Shown here: piece by piece, positions 1 through 9,878 of the stretch
How the letters are laid out: each line of letters starts with the position of its first letter
Numbering within the stretch: the first letter of the stretch is position 1
Source of the DNA: Spirochaetaceae bacterium
Lineage (GTDB): Bacteria > Spirochaetota > Spirochaetia > DSM-2461
Direction of reading: 5' to 3'
Assembly (NCBI GenBank): GCA_965224705.1
Contig: OZ245056.1
Coordinates: 1 to 64,000 of the forward strand
Length of the DNA: 64,000 nucleotides
The notes under the pieces: model-generated
The model's input: the letters and a program-made list of their open reading frames with translations, nothing else
Database searches by the model: none
What the model was told of the DNA's origin: nothing
Program-made: the position numbers and the translations under genes

Positions 1-158
1 CTGTCGGACTTACGCCTCACGGCTCGATTTTTGCCCTTTTTTCCCGCTACGGCGTTGCCAAAATGCTCACGTAGCCCAGCTACGCTCCGCTTTTGCCGCC
101 TTGCATCGGAAAAAAATCATCAAAAAGCGCCTTGAAGTCTCAAAGTCCGACAGACTCC
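1..158 (+). repeat. MITE-like repeat, family 1, long (~163 bp) variant; left end cut by the window edge
   Basis: Near-identical to the reverse complement of 32879-33041; ends ...AAGTCCGACAGACTCC, the inverse of the GGAGTCTGTCGGACTT left end (first 5 nt lie outside the window). Confidence 0.9.
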
Positions 159-185
159 TAAAAACCTATTTTGCAGGATTTTCTG

Positions 186-214
186 TTGACACAATGAATT
201 ATAACAAATACTGT
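186..214 (+). promoter_or_regulatory. Putative sigma70 promoter, probably giving a (near-)leaderless transcript
   Basis: TTGACA (186-191), 17 bp spacer, TACTGT (209-214); ATG at 223 with no Shine-Dalgarno. Confidence 0.55.
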
Positions 215-222
215 GCTAAAAT

Positions 223-1452
223 ATGGCTGACAATAAGAGAGAAATAGACCAGATCAAGGTATTAAATGACGGCTGGCAGATCATTGTTAATTACAACGAT
301 TCCAGACGAAGTGCCAGGCACCTGTGTCGCTTGTTTGCAGAAGTTTTAGGAGCATCCACTGTTGGTATGGAATTCAACGATGTTGGGGGTTATTCCTGGA
401 AAGAACGGGTAGATCAGGTGGGAACAGATGCTTCCACCGGGCTCTGGGAAAGACCTTTTACGGAGAATCAATCACGCTGGTTTTTCGATGGAGGAGAGTC
501 CCTTATCCCAATGTTTTCTCCTGTCCTGGACTTACTTACACAGCAGTGGAAGCATTATCAAAATCCTGAGGCGAGATTAGGAAGCAAGATTCGCATGAAG
601 TCGGTCCCAAGTTCATATAATCCAGCATGGTTCTCTGTCAGTCAGCTATCACGTCAGGTTCTGGATGACTTACCCCGGCTTTGGAATACTCTGTACCCCC
701 TCCTCCTTATCGGAGAATCAGGCAGCGGTAGAGCATATCTGGCTGAAATCATGCATCGAAACGGCCCATTTCCTTCAGAGCCGTTCACCATATACAGGGA
801 TGATGCATCCAACAGAGAGGGAACTTTGCTGATTCCTGATTGGGATAAAATCAATCGTCAGAAAAGAAAAGCCTTGCTGGCATATAAACAGCGCATCATA
901 GCAAAAACCTCCGATGTAAACAATGCATGTGAAATTTCTCGACAGTGGAAAGCTGAAACAAATGATTCCGGCTTGATATTAAGGGTTCCATCTCTTCGTG
1001 AACGACAGGAAGACATCCCTCTTCTGACAAATCACTTCCTTGATATGGCCGCATTGAATACAGGGAGAACAGCACCCGGGATTGGACCCATGGCTTTGGA
1101 AGTTCTGAAAAAGAACCACTGGCCTGGCAATATAAGGGAATTGGAAGAAACTATGGCCTATATTCTGAAAAAAACACCATTCAAAACTCAATGTATCGAT
1201 GTAGAAGACCTTCCGCCTACTATACGGGGAATGTCGACTGATTCATTGAATGGAGAATTCTCAAGCCGATTCACCTCTATAGAGATTGATATTATGAAGA
1301 TAGAATTACAACAACAGAATGGAATTATTACCCATACAGCCAGGGCATTGGGCATGACTCCCCGTCAGGTATCGTGGCGTTTGAAGAAATATGGTATTGA
1401 TCCAAAAGCATTCAAAAAAAGAAAACCCAATAGAATTCCATCAGGCGGGTGA
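223..1452 (+). CDS. Degenerate sigma54-interaction-type (AAA+) transcriptional regulator with C-terminal Fis-type HTH
   Basis: LLIGESGSGR Walker-A-like; VPSLRERQEDIPLL and WPGNIREL motifs; TARALGMTPRQVSWRLKKYG HTH; no GAFTGA. Confidence 0.8.
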   Translation: MADNKREIDQIKVLNDGWQIIVNYNDSRRSARHLCRLFAEVLGASTVGMEFNDVGGYSWKERVDQVGTDASTGLWERPFTENQSRWFFDGGESLIPMFSPVLDLLTQQWKHYQNPEARLGSKIRMKSVPSSYNPAWFSVSQLSRQVLDDLPRLWNTLYPLLLIGESGSGRAYLAEIMHRNGPFPSEPFTIYRDDASNREGTLLIPDWDKINRQKRKALLAYKQRIIAKTSDVNNACEISRQWKAETNDSGLILRVPSLRERQEDIPLLTNHFLDMAALNTGRTAPGIGPMALEVLKKNHWPGNIRELEETMAYILKKTPFKTQCIDVEDLPPTIRGMSTDSLNGEFSSRFTSIEIDIMKIELQQQNGIITHTARALGMTPRQVSWRLKKYGIDPKAFKKRKPNRIPSGG

Positions 1453-1821
1453 TACAGGGATTGTCCTGCTCTTTCCACATGGATTTCCTGAATGAAAAGT
1501 CATGGTTTTCATAAAACCTCATAACACCGATCACACTGCGGCTGAGAACCCAGGCTCAGGAGTTCCATACGCCCAGAAGAAGATTTCAGTACGAAATATC
1601 TAGTGTCAGAAAGCTTGTTATGACCTGGTTTCATTGTAATCCGGTTAGATGAGGATCCTTGTTCAATATGGTAGTTCCGTATTCATTGATAGTTGTGATT
1701 CAACAAATTACTCATCTGGAATGGCAAAAATCTCTCCGATGTAATGTTTAGTCCGAAGTTTTTGGCGAAGAAGTTAGTAATTCTCTATCAAAAAAAGATT
1801 TACAAATAAATTCTGTGTTGT

Positions 1822-3567
1822 TTACTGCTTACACCTCCCTATTCGCATGGGATTGTACTGTACGTTTAGCAACTCAAATACCTTTGTATGAAAAGGATTT
1901 AACTCACTTCCCTGCGAGTAGCAGGGGGCGTTATCCACGGCAGGTCGAATGTCGATGATGGCTACAGCCGAAAGAGAATCAATAAGGGATCGAAAGCTCA
2001 TCACGGGATATCCTTCTTCGTTAACTTTATGTTCTGCTTTGTGATTGCCATGAGGTGAACGCAAAGCCTTCCTCACCGGTGAGCTTTGCCTGCTTCTGTC
2101 TTGATACTCATCCATAAACAGCAGAGGTTTGAGTTTTTCCCTCATAGCAAACTCTACGTAATAGGCAAGCAAGCACAGATAAAAGTGCCCTTTAACCCGA
2201 CTTGCAAGACGATGATGAATGGGACGGGCCTGTAGTCCGGCTATTTTCAAGCAGCGAAACACTTCCTCCACTCGTTGAAGATTTTTGTAGTTCTCCACAC
2301 ATTCTGGTGTTTGCATTCTATCGCTTTCCACATTGGTACGCAGGATATAAATACCGTCACAGGCCTCTTCCTGTCCGATGGATTCTTCGTTTCGAGAAAA
2401 CAAAAAGTCATCGTCCCTGATCTCTACATTGAAATGCTTGCCCATTTTATACTTTCCAATAATTCGGCCATAGCGTTCGGCAATCTTCACTTTGCCCCGT
2501 AAAGCTCTTTTTTCCCTTCTTGCGGCTTTCTGGATGGCACTTAACTTATCTTCAGCTGCACTCAACAGTTCCCGCCGTTTCTTCCTGCGTTCCTGAGCAA
2601 GATAAGGATTGCGGCACACGATAAGCCGTTCTCCGGGAAAGTCTTCGCTGTGTATTTCCCATAAATCCGTTTCATCAAAGAGTTCCGGGGTAATACTCTG
2701 GGTAGTAACCAGTTTCTTGACCGCTGGAGCACTCAAGGCTCCAAGCCATCTTACCCAATCCCCATTGTCAAGCATCTCTTCTTTAATGTTTTTGGCTGTA
2801 ACCATTCCCCGATCACCGACAAACACTATTGCTTTGCCCAGCTTCCTTAACTTTTCAAGCTGCTCTGCTGCGGTAGTGCTGTCACTTCTATTGCCCTTAA
2901 ATACTTGAGCTCCAACCGGAACGCCGTATCGATTTGTCATGACACCTAACTCTATTTGCCGTTTACCCCTTTTCCCGTCCCGGCTATATCCGTATTCGGC
3001 AAGTGAACAGTGAGAACCTTCATACCAAAAGGAACTCAAGTCGTACAGCAAGATCGTATCATCCTTGAGATGACGGTTTCTTAATCGCTGTTCAATACTT
3101 CCCCACTGCTCTTCCAGATTATCAAGTGCTCCGTAAAGATCAGCAGGCTTGACTTCTCCCAGACCAAGAATGCGGTTCAAAGAGCTATGTGTATTCTTTT
3201 CATCAAGAGCATAAGCGGTCGCAAGCTTTGATGCAGGGTGAATAATCCTCTGGGCGATCATTGCCTTAATCAGCATCAGGTTATCAGGAGACACACCTTT
3301 AAGAAGACTCTCTATGTTGAGTTGTTTCATGGTTTGAATGATGGCCAGAGAGTGTCCGTGGGCGTAGGATCGTTCAATCGTGAACATTTTATCCGGAGAG
3401 ATAATTCTTGCTCCCTTAAGCAGAGCATGAAATCCTTCTCTAATTTCTGCCGGCCAATCAGTGAGATTGGCTATTGTTGTAGTCGTGGGTTTTCCATTGA
3501 CGCGGGTTGATTTTCGAAGGAGCCAGCAGCCTGGAGAGTTTCTATTTTTGATATACTGGATATACAT
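1822..3567 (-). CDS. IS1634-family DDE transposase
   Basis: 581 aa; LLYDLSSFWYEG, YGYSRDGK, VFVGDRG, DGIYILRTN, YKNLQRVEEVFR, RPIHH motifs. Confidence 0.92.
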   Translation of the reverse strand: MYIQYIKNRNSPGCWLLRKSTRVNGKPTTTTIANLTDWPAEIREGFHALLKGARIISPDKMFTIERSYAHGHSLAIIQTMKQLNIESLLKGVSPDNLMLIKAMIAQRIIHPASKLATAYALDEKNTHSSLNRILGLGEVKPADLYGALDNLEEQWGSIEQRLRNRHLKDDTILLYDLSSFWYEGSHCSLAEYGYSRDGKRGKRQIELGVMTNRYGVPVGAQVFKGNRSDSTTAAEQLEKLRKLGKAIVFVGDRGMVTAKNIKEEMLDNGDWVRWLGALSAPAVKKLVTTQSITPELFDETDLWEIHSEDFPGERLIVCRNPYLAQERRKKRRELLSAAEDKLSAIQKAARREKRALRGKVKIAERYGRIIGKYKMGKHFNVEIRDDDFLFSRNEESIGQEEACDGIYILRTNVESDRMQTPECVENYKNLQRVEEVFRCLKIAGLQARPIHHRLASRVKGHFYLCLLAYYVEFAMREKLKPLLFMDEYQDRSRQSSPVRKALRSPHGNHKAEHKVNEEGYPVMSFRSLIDSLSAVAIIDIRPAVDNAPCYSQGSELNPFHTKVFELLNVQYNPMRIGRCKQ

Positions 3568-3574
3568 GTGCTGT

Positions 3575-3602
3575 ATTATAGCATGTATTATTTATATGTC
3601 AA
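3575..3602 (-). promoter_or_regulatory. Consensus sigma70 promoter for the transposase (leaderless)
   Basis: Minus strand: TTGACA, 16 bp spacer ending TGC, TATAAT, 7 nt, ATG (3567). Confidence 0.75.
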
Positions 3603-4207
3603 GCTATTAGCAATAGAAAAATTCATATTACATGCGTACATTTTCCTGTTTTTTTAGCGGTATATTCTTGTAACTTTTTTCAGAAAAAGAAATTAACTGG
3701 ATTTTGCGCCAAAAACTTCGGTTTAGTAAATGTTGTTCCATAATGTATTAATTCTTTCGATGAAAGCGATTGTTTCATTTAACAGGCTTCCTGACACTGC
3801 GGAAAAATCCTGAGAGTAGCGAGATATCAGAATTGGAAATCGACTCCAATATTGTTTCTGCGAACACAAAGCCAGGAAACGGGGCTAACAATCAACACAG
3901 GGACTATGAGTAGAATCTCTCCAGGATGGCAACTTCGACACCGTTTTTACCCTGACCGTCACCAGTGAAGCTATAGAGGCTGGAACAACCGACTGTGGGT
4001 GGAAGACGATGCGGCATATCATCAGGAAACATGGACTGACAGCCAGAGTCCTGTCTGACAATGGTGCAGGCTGTGTTGATTCATTCAGTGCCGACAGGGA
4101 AGGAATCGTTGAACAGGGAGCAGCAAAGTATTGAGTCGAATTCCGATATTCCCAACTTCAACCGATGAATTGACAGAGACACATCCTGCATCTAACATCA
4201 CTGAAAT

Positions 4208-6760
4208 ATGCATGGCGGTAACATTGAACGCATCGGCAGGGAATATGGCATCAATCCGGAAAGACTCATCGATTTCAGTACGGGTATCAATCCTCTGGGA
4301 TTCCCCCGTCATGTCCGCTCTATCATAGACCGAAATCTTTCACAAACAGCTGTCTATCCTGATCCGGGATATAAAAGCTTCAAGGAAGCATTGGCGAAAG
4401 AATACGGAATTCCCCACTCCCTGCCCGGCAATGGCAGTTCGGAGCTGCTTTTCGCCCTTCTTCGGGCACTTTGTCCACCTCTGGTGATTGTCGCCATGCC
4501 TTCCTACATCGACTATACCCGGTACAGCCGACGGCTGAATATTCCAGTCAGAGGAATACGTCTCAAAAAGGAAAATGGATTCATTCTGGATCCTGATGAT
4601 TTATTTCCGGTTCTGGATTCTTCCCCCCCGGGATCCATGATGATAGCAGGTAATCCCAACAACCCCACAGGCCGACTGCTACCCTCTGGAATTATTCTGG
4701 ATTCAGCCACCAAGTATCCGCAGCACTTTTTCTGTATTGACGAAGCTTATCTGGGCTTTACAACTCAAGGAAAAAATTTCAGTGCGACATCAAAGGATCC
4801 CGGTAATATACTCAGGCTGCGTTCACTGACCAAACTATTCTCCATTCCCGGCATCCGCATCGGCTACCTTTGCGGTGAGTCTGAGATACTGACCCGCATC
4901 AATCAGGAATTACCCGACTGGAATGTGGGCACCCTGCCCATTCAACTGGCTCAATCCCTGGCAGGGGATCAGACACATGGTCAATTAACAAGAAAGTGGC
5001 TTCAGAAGGCAGGACCCGCTTTCTACGATGAACTTGCTCAGTTTCCACAGCTGACAGCCTATCCAACCGACTGCAACTTTCTTCTTTTACAGGTAAGAGA
5101 TATGGAGCCGAGGCTATTCTACGAATCCATGCTGAATCAGAATATAGTCCTTCGTTCATGTGAGAATTTCGATGGACTGGAACCTGGATTTTTTCGGACA
5201 TCGATCCGTCTGAAGAGAGATAATGAACAATTCATTGAAGCCTTAAAAAAGGTATTCAAAGTCAAAAGAAACAGACAGCGTGCAGGACCTGTGAGAACTC
5301 TCATGTTCCAGGGGACCTCCTCCCATGCTGGGAAATCTCTTATGACGGCGGCATTCTGCCGGGCACTTGTCAACAGGGGAATTTCTGTGGCTCCTTTCAA
5401 AGCTCAGAACATGTCTCTTAATTCCTGTGTTACACCTGAGGGGGGAGAAATCGGACGGGCACAGGTATTGCAGGCAAGGGCCGCCAGAATAGAGCCCCAT
5501 GTGCTGATGAATCCCGTCCTTCTCAAGCCAACAGGGGATACGGGCTCTCAGGTCGTTGTTATGGGTAAGCCAGAATCGACACTCTCAGCCATGGCCTACC
5601 ATCAGCGTAAAAAAGAACTCAAGGGAATAGTCAGGCAGGCCTTCAGTACGCTGGCCGCTCAATATGACGCCATTGTACTGGAAGGAGCAGGCAGTCCAGG
5701 AGAGATTAATCTCCGAGAGCATGACATAGTCAACATGTCAATGGCCGGATATGCTGATTCGCCTGTCATCCTTGTGGGAGATATTGATCGAGGCGGAGTA
5801 TATGCCTCCTTTGTGGGCCACCTGGGAGTGATGGCTGAGTGGGAACGCCATCTCGTTCAGGGATTTCTGGTCAACAAGTTTCGAGGGGACATAACTTTGC
5901 TGGACGAAGCGAATAAGTATATGGCGGATCGTACCGGAAAGCCCGTCATCGGTGTGATGCCCTGGGTTCACAACCATAATTTACCGGAAGAGGATAGTGT
6001 GGATTTCAGCCTCCGCTACAGCAGTCCCAACAAAGACAGAAAGGGGATTCTTATAGGTTTCATCGATTTACCACATCTGTCCAATTCAACAGATCTTGAC
6101 CCCTTCCAGGATATACCGGGTGTCAGTCTGGTTAGAATTGACACCAGGGATAAACTTGTTCATCACCAGCCCGATGGAGTTATCATACCGGGCAGTAAGA
6201 ATGTTATTGCAGATTTCCAATGTCTGCAGGAATCAGGCATCATCGATGTACTGTTACAATCTATCCGTACAGGACGTACAGTTGTGATGGGCATTTGCGG
6301 AGGCTTTCAGATGCTGGGGAACAGTATTTCCGACCCTCATGGCATTGAAGGACCGGCTGGGTCTCGTATCTCAGGGATGGGTTTGATCAATCTTGAAACT
6401 GTTCTTGAAAAAGAGAAGACTCTCCGACTGACAACAACACGATTTTGCCATGATTCCTCACCAGTAAAAGGGTATGAGATTCACCATGGCCGATCAACAT
6501 ACAGGAACGAAGAAGAACTCTTTGAAAAACCTTCCCTGGGCTGCCGCCGGAAGAATGTATGGGGGACTTACCTTCATGGAGTCTTCGATAATGATGGTGT
6601 CCGTGAACGATTTCTATCGGAAATCCACAGTAATTCAGGTGTACCCCGGTCTTCTTCAGGAAGAACGAGAAAAAACCTTGAGGCTGCTCTGGATGAGTTC
6701 ACCGCAGTATTCGAGCAAAATGTTGATATTGCCCACTTGATGAAACTGATGAATCTGTAG
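4208..6760 (+). CDS. cobD-cobQ: Fused threonine-phosphate decarboxylase (CobD) / cobyric acid synthase (CobQ/CbiP)
   Basis: N-term HGG..DFSTGINPLG, GNPNNPTG, DEAY, RSLTKLFSIPGIRIG (PLP Lys); C-term FQGTSSHAGKS, PFKAQNMS, EGAGSP, GICGGFQMLG, GTYLHG. Confidence 0.93.
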   Translation: MHGGNIERIGREYGINPERLIDFSTGINPLGFPRHVRSIIDRNLSQTAVYPDPGYKSFKEALAKEYGIPHSLPGNGSSELLFALLRALCPPLVIVAMPSYIDYTRYSRRLNIPVRGIRLKKENGFILDPDDLFPVLDSSPPGSMMIAGNPNNPTGRLLPSGIILDSATKYPQHFFCIDEAYLGFTTQGKNFSATSKDPGNILRLRSLTKLFSIPGIRIGYLCGESEILTRINQELPDWNVGTLPIQLAQSLAGDQTHGQLTRKWLQKAGPAFYDELAQFPQLTAYPTDCNFLLLQVRDMEPRLFYESMLNQNIVLRSCENFDGLEPGFFRTSIRLKRDNEQFIEALKKVFKVKRNRQRAGPVRTLMFQGTSSHAGKSLMTAAFCRALVNRGISVAPFKAQNMSLNSCVTPEGGEIGRAQVLQARAARIEPHVLMNPVLLKPTGDTGSQVVVMGKPESTLSAMAYHQRKKELKGIVRQAFSTLAAQYDAIVLEGAGSPGEINLREHDIVNMSMAGYADSPVILVGDIDRGGVYASFVGHLGVMAEWERHLVQGFLVNKFRGDITLLDEANKYMADRTGKPVIGVMPWVHNHNLPEEDSVDFSLRYSSPNKDRKGILIGFIDLPHLSNSTDLDPFQDIPGVSLVRIDTRDKLVHHQPDGVIIPGSKNVIADFQCLQESGIIDVLLQSIRTGRTVVMGICGGFQMLGNSISDPHGIEGPAGSRISGMGLINLETVLEKEKTLRLTTTRFCHDSSPVKGYEIHHGRSTYRNEEELFEKPSLGCRRKNVWGTYLHGVFDNDGVRERFLSEIHSNSGVPRSSSGRTRKNLEAALDEFTAVFEQNVDIAHLMKLMNL

Positions 6761-6773
6761 AAAACTGCAAAGA

Positions 6774-7493
6774 ATGGTTTTTTATGGTATAGGCATGGGA
6801 CCGGGAGATCCTGAATTGATGACGCTCAAAGCAGCTGAAATCATACATTCTGTCCCACGAGTTTTCTATGTTAGTGGACAGGCAGACCGGGAAAGTGTTT
6901 CCCGTATGATTGTGAGCAGTGCAGGGAATGGTGTTGACAAAAAGCTCCGAGGGCTTAGTTTTTCCATGAAAAAATCCATTACTGACAGAAGGGAATCCTG
7001 GCAGAAGAACGCCGCAATTATTGTCGAATCTCTTAAAAACCACCATGAGTGCGCCTTTGCAACCATCGGAGATCCCATGATTTACAGCACCTTTATCAAT
7101 GTACTTCCCCTGATAAAAAAGCTTCTGCCGGAACTGGAAGTCAAAGTGATACCCGGCATCACATCCTTTCAGGCCGCTGCTGCAAAACAGATTATTCCTC
7201 TGGCAATGAATGATGAGATCCTGACCATAATACCAGCGTGGAAAACCCCCACCCTCCAGCGTTCGGCTGTATCAGATTCCGATACAACAGTGTTTTTGAA
7301 GGCTTTCAAGAATTGTTCCGGCGTTCTTGACTTCTCAAGGAAAAACCATGCTGGTGAATTTCTGTATGCTTCGCGCATCGGCCTTCCCGATGAGAAATTT
7401 GTAAATGAGAAGATGGATTCATCTGAGATGCCGGAAGAGTATCTCAGCCTGATTATTTCCAGAAAACGAAAACTGAATGATGGATTGGGCTGA
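6774..7493 (+). CDS. cbiL: Precorrin-2 / cobalt-factor II C20-methyltransferase
   Basis: FYGIGMGPGDPELMTLKA, TIGDPMIYSTF, IPGITSF motifs; cob context. Confidence 0.88.
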   Translation: MVFYGIGMGPGDPELMTLKAAEIIHSVPRVFYVSGQADRESVSRMIVSSAGNGVDKKLRGLSFSMKKSITDRRESWQKNAAIIVESLKNHHECAFATIGDPMIYSTFINVLPLIKKLLPELEVKVIPGITSFQAAAAKQIIPLAMNDEILTIIPAWKTPTLQRSAVSDSDTTVFLKAFKNCSGVLDFSRKNHAGEFLYASRIGLPDEKFVNEKMDSSEMPEEYLSLIISRKRKLNDGLG

Positions 7494-8448
7494 TCTGGCC
7501 ATTGATGTGGGAAAGGGCTGGCTCAGACTCACATGTTCCGTGGCTGCTGGAATCGTTCTGGGAGTCCTCCTGGAAGCTTCCGGATGGCTTAAAAAAATGT
7601 CAGCAGCGTGGTCTCCTGCAACAAAGTACTACCACCTTCCAGCCGTATGCGGTTCCAGTTTCTTACTTGCCTTTGCATCCCCATCCAGTGCCAACAGTTT
7701 ACTGGCTTCCTGGTTCCGTGATGGACGTATCAGCCGACGGAGTATGCTCCTGGGAGGGATTACCCATGCCTTCCCGGCATCCAGTCATCACATTCGCACG
7801 ATTGCCCTTATTCTTATTCCACTTCTGGGTATTGCTGGAATCGCCTATGTTCTGTTTCTACTGACTCTGAACACCCTGTGTACTCTGTCAATTCTTTTGG
7901 TTTCACGCCTCTGGAAGGAAAAAAACAGCTGCAGCATGACTGACGGCTGGTTGGAAACGGCTGACATTGATCACCAGCATAAACCATCCTTCCTGGAATT
8001 CTGTCAACTCACTAAAAAGCGGTTCCTGAGTATTTATCTGAGAGTGATGACTGTGAGCTTCCCCCTGTATGCTCTTTTTCTTTTCCTCACTCGAAAAGGA
8101 GTTTTTGCGCATCTGAATCAACTTCTGCCACCCTCACTCCCCTTCCATATATCCGCAGAAAGCCTCAGCATAATAACCAGCCATCTTGGAGGCATACTCA
8201 ATGCCGCCGCCATAGCCGGTCCCTTTCTAAGAAATGGTGTACTCAGCAATTTCCAGGTTTTTATCACCCTGGTAATCGGATATGTTGTGAGTCTACCTCT
8301 GCGTACAATCCGCCATGCCCTGCCCTCAGCATTGGGTATCTTTCCTGGAAAAAATGGGATCTACATAACAGCGTATATCCAGGGACTGAAGATCATTCTT
8401 GCTTTAATTACAATAATAGCGGCCCTGCCCATGGGGAAATATTCATGA
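7477..8448 (+). CDS. Multi-pass membrane protein, nucleoside-recognition (Gate)-like
   Basis: About 8 hydrophobic segments in two repeated halves; AFASPSSANSLL motif; overlaps both neighbours. Confidence 0.6.
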   Translation: MMDWADLAIDVGKGWLRLTCSVAAGIVLGVLLEASGWLKKMSAAWSPATKYYHLPAVCGSSFLLAFASPSSANSLLASWFRDGRISRRSMLLGGITHAFPASSHHIRTIALILIPLLGIAGIAYVLFLLTLNTLCTLSILLVSRLWKEKNSCSMTDGWLETADIDHQHKPSFLEFCQLTKKRFLSIYLRVMTVSFPLYALFLFLTRKGVFAHLNQLLPPSLPFHISAESLSIITSHLGGILNAAAIAGPFLRNGVLSNFQVFITLVIGYVVSLPLRTIRHALPSALGIFPGKNGIYITAYIQGLKIILALITIIAALPMGKYS

Positions 8449-9878
8449 AAGAGCAGGAAGATGTATTTCCAATTGCATGGATAACCCGAAACCGCCATGT
8501 ACTTTTTGTTGGCGGAGGCAAAGTGGCTCTAGCCAAGCTGCAGCGTCTTGCTGGACACAACTGGACGATAACTGTTCTTGCCCCGAAAATCCATCCTGAG
8601 ATTCAAACAATGGCTGTGCAGGGTTTGGTCAGGATTAGAACTGACTGCTATAGAACAGATATGCTGGAAGGCAGTCATCTTGTATTCGCAGCAACCTGTG
8701 ACAGGGATCTGAACGAAACAATCCTTCGGGATGCCCATCATTCTGGTATACCAGCCTGTGCTGTCGATGGAAACTGGCGGAATGGAGATTTCATCACACC
8801 AGCCATTGCCCGAGGAAGCCATGGCATAGCAGCCTTTACTTCTGGTGGAAGATCCTACCGGATAACCAGGTTGGTGAATGGAAGCATCCAGCGTCAATTG
8901 GATGCCACAAATAACTGGATGCCTGTTGTTATTGGAACAAGTCACCTGCAGCTCAACCTGAAGCAGTTGGGGGAAATTCTGTGCAGGGATACTGACAACA
9001 TGAAAGGCCGCTGCCTTGAAGAACTGCGCGGAATTCATGAATTCATGCTGTTGACCACCTGCAACAGGGTGGAATTCTACGGACTGGTCTCAATCCGCGA
9101 TGTCACACTCAGTATGATTCGAACACATCTGGGCTTCAAGAACTTGAAATCCGGTGAATTCTATGAAATGCACGGCTTTGAAGCCCTGACTCACATGACA
9201 CAGGTTGGCTCTGGCATCCTCAGCCAGACACTGGGGGAGAACCACATTGTTTCCCAGCTTAAAAATGCCTTCAGTGAAGCAGAGAAACAGAAATGGGCCG
9301 GGCCATACATGAAGGACTGGCTTTCAAAATCTCTTCATGTTTCCAGAAGCATCCGAAAGGGTATAAGTCCCTATTTGAAGTACAGGGACATTGAAAATCT
9401 TGTTACGGCATACATGGAATGCATCCGTCCTGGGGAAGGAAAAATCCTCCTCATGGGGAGCGGTGTTGTTGGCCGGAGTATAGCAGAAGAGTTGAAGAAC
9501 AGATCCCATCCATTCACATGGGCCTACCACAGCCGCCCTCCCCTCCCCCCGGATGGAATTTCCATCCTGCCGATAGAGCCGGAAGAACTCAGGGCCAACG
9601 GTCCCAGCGACATTGTGATTTCTGCTCTGAATTTGCAGAATCCTCTTAAATACAAAGATTTTAAAGGAATACTGAAGGCCGATGGATGGGCAATTGATCT
9701 GGGTGTTCCCCGCAATCTGGATGCAGAGTGGAAGAAAAATCATTCACTGACTGATCTGGAAGACCTCAAACACTGGTATCGCCGCAACATGGCTGATCTA
9801 CAAACGATCAAGAAAATTACTGATCAGGAAATATCGGGTCACCGTGAAAACTATGAAAAACTCATCTCAACAATTTAA
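8445..9878 (+). CDS. hemA: Fusion of precorrin-2 dehydrogenase (SirC/CysG-N-like) and glutamyl-tRNA reductase (HemA)
   Basis: N-term VLFVGGGKVALAK, VFAAT, GDFITPA; C-term LTTCNRVEFY (catalytic Cys), LGENHIVSQLKNA, IDLGVPRN. Confidence 0.85.
   Translation: MKEQEDVFPIAWITRNRHVLFVGGGKVALAKLQRLAGHNWTITVLAPKIHPEIQTMAVQGLVRIRTDCYRTDMLEGSHLVFAATCDRDLNETILRDAHHSGIPACAVDGNWRNGDFITPAIARGSHGIAAFTSGGRSYRITRLVNGSIQRQLDATNNWMPVVIGTSHLQLNLKQLGEILCRDTDNMKGRCLEELRGIHEFMLLTTCNRVEFYGLVSIRDVTLSMIRTHLGFKNLKSGEFYEMHGFEALTHMTQVGSGILSQTLGENHIVSQLKNAFSEAEKQKWAGPYMKDWLSKSLHVSRSIRKGISPYLKYRDIENLVTAYMECIRPGEGKILLMGSGVVGRSIAEELKNRSHPFTWAYHSRPPLPPDGISILPIEPEELRANGPSDIVISALNLQNPLKYKDFKGILKADGWAIDLGVPRNLDAEWKKNHSLTDLEDLKHWYRRNMADLQTIKKITDQEISGHRENYEKLISTI

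Larger units (their letters stand above)
1753..3721 (-). mobile_element. Complete IS1634-family insertion sequence (1969 bp)
   Basis: Perfect 15-bp TIRs CCGAAGTTTTTGGCG / CGCCAAAAACTTCGG; 6-bp direct repeat TTTAGT at 1747-1752 and 3722-3727; one large transposase ORF. Confidence 0.92.
1602..3798. mobile_element. MITE, family 2 (about 222 bp before insertion), interrupted by the IS1634-family element
   Basis: Left end AGTGTCAGAAAGCTTGTTA (1602-1620); right end TAACAGGCTTCCTGACACT (ends 3798); same TIR as 14258-15514 and 35703-35815. Confidence 0.75.
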
